Shown here: positions 20,933 through 28,683 of the stretch, piece after piece
Layout of the letters: the number at the start of each line of letters is the position of its first letter
Numbering within the stretch: position 1 is the first letter of the stretch
Assembly (NCBI GenBank): GCA_965207695.1
Contig: CBDBNA010000010.1
Span: 31,764 to 95,763, forward strand
Length of the DNA: 64,000 nucleotides
Reading direction: 5' to 3'
DNA from: Dehalococcoidia bacterium
GTDB taxonomy: Bacteria > Chloroflexota > Dehalococcoidia > Bin125
Program-made: the position numbers and the translations under genes
The notes under the pieces: model-generated
The model's input: the letters and a program-made list of their open reading frames with translations, nothing else
Told to the model about the DNA's origin: nothing
The model's database searches: none

Positions 20933-23356
20933 ATGAGCGCTGCGTTCGACGGGCTGCGGGTGGTCGATCTCTCCGACCGACTATCCGGGGCCTGGGCGGC
21001 CCGTCTGTTCGGGGATCTCGGCGCCGACGTCGTCCTCGCGGAGCCGCCGGAGGGCCACGCGCTGCGCCGCGAGCCCCCCTTCCTCGACGACCGCCCGGGG
21101 CCCGAGCGCTCGCTGCTGCACGCCTACGCCAACTGGAACAAGCGCTCCCAGGTCGTGCGGAGCGACGCCGACGCGGCGGGACTCGCCGCCGCCGCCGACG
21201 TCCTCGTCACGACCCAGGTCGCGCCCTGGCCGGCGCCCGTGGCCGCGGCGGTCGCGGCGCTGCCCGGCTCGGGCGTCCACCTGTCGATCACCGCGCACGG
21301 CCTCGAGGGGCCGCTGGCCGCCGCGCCGGGCGACCACCTCACGGCCTGCGCCCGCAGCGGCTGGTCGCACATCACGCGCTACGACGAGGAGCCGCCGCTG
21401 CAACTGCCCGTGCGCCAGACCGGCTACCTGGGCGGCGTGGCCGGCTTCAACGCCGCCGCCGCGGCGCTCTTCCGGCGCACGCAGGGCGGCGGCGGGCTGC
21501 GCGCCGACGTCAGCGAACTCGAGGCCGTCTGCGTCACGACGGCCCCCATCGGCCTCGGGGCGATCTTCTCCGGGCATCCGGAACTCGATTACGGCTGGGG
21601 CGGGCGCAAGCACCGCGGGCAGCCCTCGCAACTGGCCCAGGCCGCCGACGGGCTGATGAACCTCGGCGTCGGCGATTGGGCCCGCTACGCCGACGCGATG
21701 CGCTTCCTGGGGGCGCCCGACCTCGTGGACGACCCCGAGTACGCCCCCCTGCTGGGCCGCCACGGGACCGATCAGACGCGGCTGCGGCTGCGCCTCGGGG
21801 AGGTGATCGCCGACCGGTCCTGCGACGAACTGCTGCACGGGCTGCTCGAGATGCGCTGCATCGCCGGTGTGATGCGCGACATGCCGGCCTTGCGCGGCGA
21901 CGAGCAACTCAACGCGCGACAGTACTTCGTGGCGACCGAGGTCGAGGGGCGGCCGGCGCACGCCCCGGGCCCCATCGCGCGGATGCCGCAGATGCCGTCG
22001 ACCCTGCGCCGGCCCGCCCCCCGCCTCGGCCAGCACGACGGCGAGATCGGCCCGGCGGCGGCGCGACCGCCCCGCCCGGCCCCGTCGGCGGGCGCGGCCC
22101 CGGCCAACCTTCCCCTGGCGGGCGTGCGCGTGCTGGCCTTCACGCAGGCCTGGGCCGGCACCTGGGCGACGGACCAACTCGCCCTGCTGGGAGCGGACGT
22201 CGTGCAGATCGAAGCCCCCACCCGCCCCGACGTCTGGCGCGGCGCCGGGGCGCCCGTCCCCAGGGCGGTGCGGGATCCCGACGTCCGGCAGCACCGGCTG
22301 AACACGAACGCCGGCTACAACACCGTCAACCTCAACAAGCGCTCTCTGACGCTCGACCTGAAGCAGCCCCGCGGGCTGGAGATCTTCTGGCGGCTGCTGC
22401 CCAACTTCGACATCGTCGCCGACAACTTCAGCCCGCACGTGATGCCGAGCTGGGGCATCGACCTGGACACGCTCAACGCCAAACGGCCCGGGATCATCTG
22501 GGCCTCCGTCTCGGGATACGGCGCGACCGGCCCCTTCGCCGAGTACGGCGCGAACGGCGCGACGATCGAGCCGATGGCCGGCCTCTCCTCCATCCACGGC
22601 TACGAGGGCGACCCCGGCGCCAACACCGGCGCGCTGCTCCCCGACCCGGCCACGGGGTATTACTTCGCCGCCGCCATCCTCGGCGCGCTGTGCCGGCGCG
22701 AGCGGGAGGGCGGCCCCATCCGCATCGACGCGGCGATGCAAGAGATCGTCGCGCTGCAGGTCGGCGACGCGGTGCTGGAGTACGAGGCCAACGGCGTCGT
22801 GCGGCGCCCCGGCGGCAACCGGCACCCCCGCCACGCGCCGCACAACTTCTACGCCGCGATGGAGGGCGAGTGGCTGGCGCTGGCCGCCGAGTCGGACGCG
22901 GCGTTCGCCGCGCTCGCCGCGCACATCGGCCGGCCCGAACTGGCGGGGGACGCTCGCTTCGCCACCGAACCGGCGCGCAAGGCCAACGAAGCCGCCCTCG
23001 ACGAGATCGTCGGCGCCTGGTGCGCGGGCCAGGACGCCCGCCGCGCCGAGGCCGAACTGGCGGCGATCGGCGTCTGCGCCGCGCGGGCCGCCCGCCTGAG
23101 CGAGTGCTTCGGGGAGCCCAGCCCGCAGTTCCTCGAGCGTGGCTATCTACAGCGCGTCACGCACCCGGAGTCGGGCACGCACTGGATGCCGCTCGTCCCC
23201 TGGCGCATCGGCGGCGAGGCCATCCCCGCGCCGTCGCCCGCCCCCTGCTTCGGCGAGCACTCGCGCGAGATCCTGGCCCAGGAGCTCGGCCTCGGCGACG
23301 CGGCCTACGAGGAACTCCTCGCGGCCGGCGTCACCGGCGCCGTCCACGACGACTGA
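20933..23356 (+). CDS. tandem-fused double family III CoA-transferase
   Basis: ATG 20933 after GGAGGGGGG. Module 1 starts GLRVVDLSDRLSGAWAARLFGDLGADVV. A Pro/Ala linker follows. Module 2 starts near residue 397 with GVRVLAFTQAWAGTWATDQLALLGADVVQIE. Confidence 0.85.
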   Translation: MSAAFDGLRVVDLSDRLSGAWAARLFGDLGADVVLAEPPEGHALRREPPFLDDRPGPERSLLHAYANWNKRSQVVRSDADAAGLAAAADVLVTTQVAPWPAPVAAAVAALPGSGVHLSITAHGLEGPLAAAPGDHLTACARSGWSHITRYDEEPPLQLPVRQTGYLGGVAGFNAAAAALFRRTQGGGGLRADVSELEAVCVTTAPIGLGAIFSGHPELDYGWGGRKHRGQPSQLAQAADGLMNLGVGDWARYADAMRFLGAPDLVDDPEYAPLLGRHGTDQTRLRLRLGEVIADRSCDELLHGLLEMRCIAGVMRDMPALRGDEQLNARQYFVATEVEGRPAHAPGPIARMPQMPSTLRRPAPRLGQHDGEIGPAAARPPRPAPSAGAAPANLPLAGVRVLAFTQAWAGTWATDQLALLGADVVQIEAPTRPDVWRGAGAPVPRAVRDPDVRQHRLNTNAGYNTVNLNKRSLTLDLKQPRGLEIFWRLLPNFDIVADNFSPHVMPSWGIDLDTLNAKRPGIIWASVSGYGATGPFAEYGANGATIEPMAGLSSIHGYEGDPGANTGALLPDPATGYYFAAAILGALCRREREGGPIRIDAAMQEIVALQVGDAVLEYEANGVVRRPGGNRHPRHAPHNFYAAMEGEWLALAAESDAAFAALAAHIGRPELAGDARFATEPARKANEAALDEIVGAWCAGQDARRAEAELAAIGVCAARAARLSECFGEPSPQFLERGYLQRVTHPESGTHWMPLVPWRIGGEAIPAPSPAPCFGEHSREILAQELGLGDAAYEELLAAGVTGAVHDD

Positions 23357-23371
23357 GCGGCGCGGGGCGGC

Positions 23372-23583
23372 GATGGGGCCGTACACGCAACGCGCCCCCG
23401 ACTCACTGCTAGTGTCGGGGGCGCTGGCGGTAGCCGCCGGGCAGTCGTCTACCCTGCCCGGCGTTGAAGCCCGAGCCACCACCCGGGCCCGCCAGCACAG
23501 CTTAGCAGACGACGATCGCCCTGCGGGGGCGGGCGACGGAAAACGCGAGTAGGGCGACCGCGCAGGGCGACGCCGCGGCCGGC
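23372..23583 (-). repeat. structured repeat element A (paralog of B and C)
   Basis: 11-bp GC hairpin 23392-23424. Closing helix GCTGGCGG (23423-30) pairs with CCGCCAGC (23489-96). TGCTAAGCT box on the minus strand (23507-23499). 55/58 identical to 24733-24790. Confidence 0.6.
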
Positions 23584-24597
23584 TCAGCCGTCGGATTCCG
23601 CGGCCAGCGGCAGCCGGTAGAAGCGCGCGGCCGTGTCGTGGAACATCGCGACGCGTTCGTCGGCCGGGAAACCCGCGCTCAGCTTCTTGAACTGGTTCCA
23701 GAGCACGCCGTAGCTGCACGACGTCTTGTCGACCGGGAAGTTGCTCTCGAACATCGCGCGGTCGGGGCCGAACTGCTCGATGGCGTACTCGTACCAGCGC
23801 CGGTTCGTCGCCAGCAGGTCGTCCGAGGTGGGCGGGTCGGGCCGCTCGTGCCAGCCGAAGCCGTTGACGCGCATCTGGATGCCGCCCAGCTTCACGACGA
23901 CGTTCGGATGCGCCGCGATGGCGTCGATTTTCGGCCGCCAGGCGGCGAAGACCTCGTCCGCGTCCGCGTCGGCGACGATGGGGCCGCCGAGGTGGTTGAG
24001 GACCAGCGGCGTGTCGGGGAAGGCGGCCGCCAGGTCGGCGACGTCGGCCAGGTCGGTGTGCAGGATCCAGACCTCGAACGAGAGCCCGTAGCGGCGCAGG
24101 TGCGCGAACCCGCGCCGGAAGTCGGGGTCGATCAGCAGGTGCGGGCGGTACTCCGGCTGGCCGGGGATCGGGTGGTCGTCGGGCCCCGCCGCGCGATGCC
24201 GGACGCCGCGGAAGCGCTGCGGGCTGGCGGCGATCAGCGCCTCCAGCACGCCCGGCACGGCGTCGCCCAGCAACAGGTCGGCCGAGCCGACGATGCCGGC
24301 CGCGATGCGCGCCGGCCCCCAGCGGCCGCTCGCGCTCTGCGCGGCGACGCCCTGCACGAACTCCGCCTCGCCCACCGGCTTGAGCGCGTCGGGGCCGCCG
24401 GCGCGGTACATCGAGTTGCACTCGATGAAGACCGTCTGACGCACGTTGTGGGTGGCGGCGTCGGCCACGACCTCCTCGATCATGTAGCGGCTGCCGCCGG
24501 GCCGGTCCCAGAGGTGGTGGTGCGGATCGATGATCGGCAGGTCGGTCTCGATTGCATCTTCAACGGTGCGCGCCAGCCAGTCGTCGTTCTTCGCCAT
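23584..24597 (-). CDS. amidohydrolase (TIM-barrel, LigI/amidohydrolase-2-like)
   Basis: ATG 24597 after GGAGGA. IIDPHHHLWD metal motif, LVLNHLGGP. 337 aa. Confidence 0.85.
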   Translation of the reverse strand: MAKNDDWLARTVEDAIETDLPIIDPHHHLWDRPGGSRYMIEEVVADAATHNVRQTVFIECNSMYRAGGPDALKPVGEAEFVQGVAAQSASGRWGPARIAAGIVGSADLLLGDAVPGVLEALIAASPQRFRGVRHRAAGPDDHPIPGQPEYRPHLLIDPDFRRGFAHLRRYGLSFEVWILHTDLADVADLAAAFPDTPLVLNHLGGPIVADADADEVFAAWRPKIDAIAAHPNVVVKLGGIQMRVNGFGWHERPDPPTSDDLLATNRRWYEYAIEQFGPDRAMFESNFPVDKTSCSYGVLWNQFKKLSAGFPADERVAMFHDTAARFYRLPLAAESDG

Positions 24598-24663
24598 GGG
24601 ATTCCTCCATCGGTCTGCGGTACGGGTCGTGGCAGCCCGGAGGACGGCGTGCGTGACGGCGCG

Positions 24664-24681
24664 CCGGCTCCCGGGAGCCGG
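24664..24681. promoter_or_regulatory. 18-bp perfect palindrome CCGGCTCCCGGGAGCCGG next to a TATACT box, in the amidohydrolase 5' region
   Basis: The palindrome was read directly. On the minus strand TATACT (24689-24684) lies 2 nt upstream of it. No convincing -35. Confidence 0.35.
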
Positions 24682-24732
24682 TCAGTATACGGCCTGCGAG
24701 TCCTTGCGGGTCGGGCGCGTGGGCAGCCCGGC

Positions 24733-24900
24733 GATGGGGCCGCACACGCAATGCGCCCCCGACTCACTGCTAGTGTCGGGGGCGCTGGTGGAGACGGCCG
24801 CGACGCAGCACTAGGCCCACTGCCTCAACGCGTCGCGGCCATAAATCGCGGGGTAGCTCCCGCGCTCCACCAGCATCCTAGCAGACGGACGGGGGGGTCG
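24733..24900 (-). repeat. structured repeat element B
   Basis: Hairpin 24753-24785. Closing helix GCTGGTGGAG (24784-93) pairs with CTCCACCAGC (24865-74) and encloses two GC hairpins. TGCTAGGAT on the minus strand (24883-24875). Confidence 0.6.
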
Positions 24901-24907
24901 CGCGGCC

Positions 24908-25143
24908 GGGGGCCGTACAAACGACGCGCCCCCGGCGCTAGGCTCTGGGGGCGCGGGCTCGGAGTCGCCCCGGTCACCAGCCGGGGGGCGGCCACTGCTT
25001 GTCTACCACTCCCGCTGCGGGATTTACCTCCCCGCCGGCTCCGGCCTGCGCATTGTAGCAGCCCGGTGGCGCCGCCCGCGATGTCGACAGAGGGACGGCC
25101 CAGGGCGACCGGCCGGGGCGGGGCGCCGCTTGCCTCGTGCCCG
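24908..25143 (-). repeat. structured repeat element C (more diverged)
   Basis: GGGGCCGTACAA lead-in as in A and B. Hairpin CGCGCCCCC/GGGGGCGCG 24925-24955. TGCTACAAT on the minus strand (25060-25052). Starts right after the protease stop codon. Confidence 0.5.
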
Positions 25144-25500
25144 TCAGTACATGATCAGCTGGGCCGGGACGAGGCGCTGCCGCACCGGATCGACCGCGAG
25201 GCCGAGGCCCTCCAGCGTGTAGGCCCCCAGCAAGGGCGGCGCGTCGTCGTCGGCGAAGACCACGATCGTGACCTCGCGTTCGCCGTCGATGGCGACCCAG
25301 GCCCTGCCGTAGTCCAGCTCGACTTGGCGCCCGTCGGCCGGCGGGAAGCGGCGCCGGCCCGCCGGCTCGACGCCCACCTCCCGCAGCAGCGACGAGGGCA
25401 GCGTGGTGTAGGCGGCGCCGGTGTCGACGGTCGCCTCGATCTCCCGCGTCTTCCGCTCGTCCATGCCGGAGACCCGCAGCGGCGACGTGAAGGTTCCCAT
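25144..25500 (-). CDS. retropepsin-like (clan AA) aspartic protease, single domain
   Basis: ATG 25500. VDTGAAYTTLP active-site-like D-T-G-A motif. 118 aa. Sits 26 nt downstream of the oxidoreductase gene. Confidence 0.75.
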   Translation of the reverse strand: MGTFTSPLRVSGMDERKTREIEATVDTGAAYTTLPSSLLREVGVEPAGRRRFPPADGRQVELDYGRAWVAIDGEREVTIVVFADDDAPPLLGAYTLEGLGLAVDPVRQRLVPAQLIMY

Positions 25501-25526
25501 GCCGTGATCCTACCCCAAGGCGGCCC

Positions 25527-26522
25527 TCACAGCCGGACGATGGTCGTCCCCGTCGTCGCGCCGGCGAGCAGGTCGACGAACGCCTGCGGGGCGGCCTCGA
25601 GACCCTGGAATTCGCTGACGAGCAGCTTCAGTTGGCCGCTGCCGGCCCACTCGCGGATGTCCCGGCGGGCCGCCGCGTAGCGGTCCGCGTAATCGAAGAC
25701 CAGGAAGCCCTCCATGCGCACCCGGCTGCTGATCAGCAGGCCGGGGATGCCGCGCGGGGCCGGCGCGGGGTTCGCCGTGTCGTACTGGCTGACGACGCCG
25801 CAGCAGACGATCCGGCCCTTGGGATTCATGCGGCGCAGGGCGCTGCCCAGCACCTCGCCGCCGGTGTTGTCGAAGTACACGTCGACGCCGTCCGGCGTCG
25901 CCTCGCGGAAGGCCCCGCGGAAGCCGGGGTCCTTGTAGTCGAGGGCGGTGTCGAAGCCCAGCTCGTCGGTGAGCAAGGCGCACTTGGCGGGCGACCCGGC
26001 GACGCCGATCACGTGGCAGCCGCGCAGCTTCGCGATCTGCCCCACGATGTGGCCCACCGACCCCGCCGCGGCCGAGACGACCACGGTATCCCCCGGCTGC
26101 GGCGCGCCGACGTCGAGCAGGCCGAAGTAGGCGGTCAGGCCGTTGGTGCCCAGCCCGCCCAGTTGCAGCGCCGGGTCGGTGCCGGCCTCGACCGGCTCGA
26201 GGTCGGCCGCGTCGAGGACGGCGTAGTCCTGCCAGCCGGTGCGGCCCGCCACCAGGTCGCCGACGGCGTAGGCCGGGGCGTTCGACGCCTCGACCCGCGC
26301 CACGCCCGAGCCGTCCATGACCTCCCCCTCCCGGGCCGCCGCCGCGTAGCTGACGCCCTGCAGGCGGGCGCGCTGCCCGGCCCCGATCGTGATCGCGAGG
26401 GTGCGGCAGAGCACCTGCCCGTCGCCGGGCGTGGGCGCCGGACCGGTGCGCAGCGCGAAGTGGCTCGCCTGCAGCGGGCCGGCGGGGATCGACGCGATGG
26501 TCATCTGGCGGTTCTCGGGCAT
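25527..26522 (-). CDS. NADP-dependent oxidoreductase, MDR superfamily (YncB/CurA-like)
   Basis: ATG 26522 after GAGGA. AAGSVGHIVGQIAKLRG nucleotide-binding motif, GRIVCCGVVSQYD. Confidence 0.85.
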   Translation of the reverse strand: MPENRQMTIASIPAGPLQASHFALRTGPAPTPGDGQVLCRTLAITIGAGQRARLQGVSYAAAAREGEVMDGSGVARVEASNAPAYAVGDLVAGRTGWQDYAVLDAADLEPVEAGTDPALQLGGLGTNGLTAYFGLLDVGAPQPGDTVVVSAAAGSVGHIVGQIAKLRGCHVIGVAGSPAKCALLTDELGFDTALDYKDPGFRGAFREATPDGVDVYFDNTGGEVLGSALRRMNPKGRIVCCGVVSQYDTANPAPAPRGIPGLLISSRVRMEGFLVFDYADRYAAARRDIREWAGSGQLKLLVSEFQGLEAAPQAFVDLLAGATTGTTIVRL

Positions 26523-26638
26523 GACGTTCCTCACGGCCTCCGGCGGCGGCGTCGGCTCATCGGCCGGGGCGCCGCGCGGACGGGGCTGCCCGCAGGATAG
26601 GCGCCGACGCGCGCAGCGGGCGGCCTAGACTGACGGCG

Positions 26639-27376
26639 ATGCAAACATCCGTGACCATCGCGCCGCCGCGACTGCTCGACATCCCGGGCGGCAGCTTCAC
26701 CATGGGCCGCGCCGACCGGCGGCCCGACGAGCGGCCGCCGCATCGCGTGCGGGTGGCGCCGTTCCGGGCCGCCGCCGCGCCCGTCGGCAACGCCGAGTAC
26801 GCGCGCTTCGTGGAGGACGCCGGGCGCGAGCCGCCGCCCTTCTGGAACGCCGCCGCCTTCCGCGACCCGGCCCAGCCCGTCGTCGGCGTCTCCTGGTTCG
26901 ACGCCCGCGCCTACTGCGCCTGGCTCGCGCGGGCGACCGGCCTGCCCCTGCGCCTGCCCAGCGAGGCGGAGCGCGAGTGGGCCGCCATCGGCGGTTGCGA
27001 CCTCCGCGACGGCCCCGTCGATTGGCCCTGGGGCGATACAGACCCCGGCGCGCTGCCGCGGCTCGCCTTCATCGCCGCCTCCGATGCGCCGCACGTCCCG
27101 GCGCCGGCCTGCGCCAACGGCTACGGCCTGCGCTGCATGGCCGAGAACGTCCACGAGTGGTGCCTCGACGCGTACGAGCGCCGCTACTCCCCCGCGCGGG
27201 GAGGGGAGCCCCTGCCCATCGACCCCGCCCGCATCGACCCCGAGGGGCGGCGCGTCAGCCGCGGCGGCTCCTGGCGGCACCGGGTCAAGTTCACCCGCGT
27301 CGGCGCGCGCTCCAGCCTGCGCCCCGGCTTCCGCTACAACGACTACGGCTTCCGGGTCTACGCGGACGCCCAGTGA
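26639..27376 (+). CDS. formylglycine-generating-enzyme family (SUMF1/FGE-sulfatase domain) protein
   Basis: ATG 26639. PHRVRVAPF, VVGVSWFDARAYCAWL, NVHEWC, RVSRGGSW are hallmarks of the FGE fold. Confidence 0.85.
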   Translation: MQTSVTIAPPRLLDIPGGSFTMGRADRRPDERPPHRVRVAPFRAAAAPVGNAEYARFVEDAGREPPPFWNAAAFRDPAQPVVGVSWFDARAYCAWLARATGLPLRLPSEAEREWAAIGGCDLRDGPVDWPWGDTDPGALPRLAFIAASDAPHVPAPACANGYGLRCMAENVHEWCLDAYERRYSPARGGEPLPIDPARIDPEGRRVSRGGSWRHRVKFTRVGARSSLRPGFRYNDYGFRVYADAQ

Positions 27377-27386
27377 GTCCACCCGC

Positions 27387-28622
27387 GTGACGCGCCGCCA
27401 TCGCCCACCCACCTCCGGCCGTGCGTGGCCGCGGACGCTCGCGGCCTTCAACGTCCCCGACTTTCCGCAACTCTTCTTCTGCGGCGTCATCTGGAACTTC
27501 GCCCGCTGGATGAACCTCTTCCTCGTCCTCTTCCTGGCGTCCCAACTCACCGACTCTCCCCTGCTGTTGCAGATCATCGGGGCGTTGCTGTTCGCGCCCT
27601 TCCTGGTGGGCGGCGTGCTGGGCGGGGTCGTGTCGGACCGCTTCGACCGGTGCCTCACGGCGGTCGGCTACCTGCTCATCCTGACGCCGATCACGGCCGC
27701 CGTCGCCGTGCTCATCCTCACCGACAGCATCCGCTTCTGGATGCTGTACCCCTACAGCGTCGTCGCCGGGTCGAGTTGGGTGGTCGACCTCACGACCCGC
27801 CGGGCGCTCGTGGCGGACATCGTCGGCCCGGAGCACGTGACGAACGCCTTTTCGCTGGAAGCGTGGAGCAGTTCATTGGGGGGCGCCGTCGGGGCGCTGG
27901 CGGGCGGGGCGGTGATCACCCTGATCGGCATGGGCGAGGCCTACGTCGCGATCGTGGTCCTGCTCGTCGTCCCCATCGCGCTGCTGCTCTCGGTCGAATC
28001 GCCGCCCCGGATGCACACCACGGATGGGTCCTGGCGCGAGGACTTGCTCGCCAGCCTCGCCCTGCCGTTCCGCCTCCCGCCGCTGCTCAGCGTCCTCGGC
28101 GTGACGCTGGTGATGAATATGTTCTTCTTCCCGCACTTCTCCCTCGTGCCGGAGTTCGCCGAGGACCTGCACGTCAGCGCCTTCGCCACGGGCCTGCTCG
28201 CCGCGGCGAGCATGATCGGCTCGATGATCGCCACCCTCGTCATCGCCTCGCTGCACATTCCGCGCCGCGGCCTCACCTACGTCTGCGGGGCGCTGTTCGC
28301 CCTCGCCTTGCTGCCCGTCTTCGCCCTGGCCGGGGGTTACCCGCTGGCGCTCGTGGCGCTGCTCCTGGGCGGTCTGGGCTTGGGAGCCTTCGCCTCGATG
28401 CAGTTCACGCTCGTCGTCACCGTGGCCGGGCCGTCGGGGCACGGTCGGGCGCTGGGGCTCATGACGACCGTCATCGGCGTGGTGCCGTTCGGCAGCCTCC
28501 TGCTCGGGGTGGTCGCGGAGTCGATCGGCATCGGACCCGCCATCGCCGCGAGCGCCGCCGCCGGGATCGCCGTGCTGCTCCTGTGGATAATGCGCTGGCC
28601 GGCGTCGGTCCGCATCTCGTAG
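27387..28622 (+). CDS. MFS transporter
   Basis: Track ORF 27084..28622 overlaps the FGE gene. GTG 27387 is the first in-frame start after it. About 12 hydrophobic segments. Confidence 0.75.
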   Translation: MTRRHRPPTSGRAWPRTLAAFNVPDFPQLFFCGVIWNFARWMNLFLVLFLASQLTDSPLLLQIIGALLFAPFLVGGVLGGVVSDRFDRCLTAVGYLLILTPITAAVAVLILTDSIRFWMLYPYSVVAGSSWVVDLTTRRALVADIVGPEHVTNAFSLEAWSSSLGGAVGALAGGAVITLIGMGEAYVAIVVLLVVPIALLLSVESPPRMHTTDGSWREDLLASLALPFRLPPLLSVLGVTLVMNMFFFPHFSLVPEFAEDLHVSAFATGLLAAASMIGSMIATLVIASLHIPRRGLTYVCGALFALALLPVFALAGGYPLALVALLLGGLGLGAFASMQFTLVVTVAGPSGHGRALGLMTTVIGVVPFGSLLLGVVAESIGIGPAIAASAAAGIAVLLLWIMRWPASVRIS

Positions 28623-28683
28623 CGCCGCCTGGGATAGACTCATCGGACCCGCGCGAACGAAGTCAGGACTCCCCGGTCGCCGC

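Noticed and set aside
23372-25143. Integron attC sites / CALIN interpretation of elements A, B and C
   Set aside because: The ends do not fit the R''/R' cores (RYYYAAC ... GTTRRRY); GTTGCGT has a C at an R position. The conserved hairpin lies outside the closing helix instead of forming a single bulged stem. No intI-like recombinase or attI is in the window.
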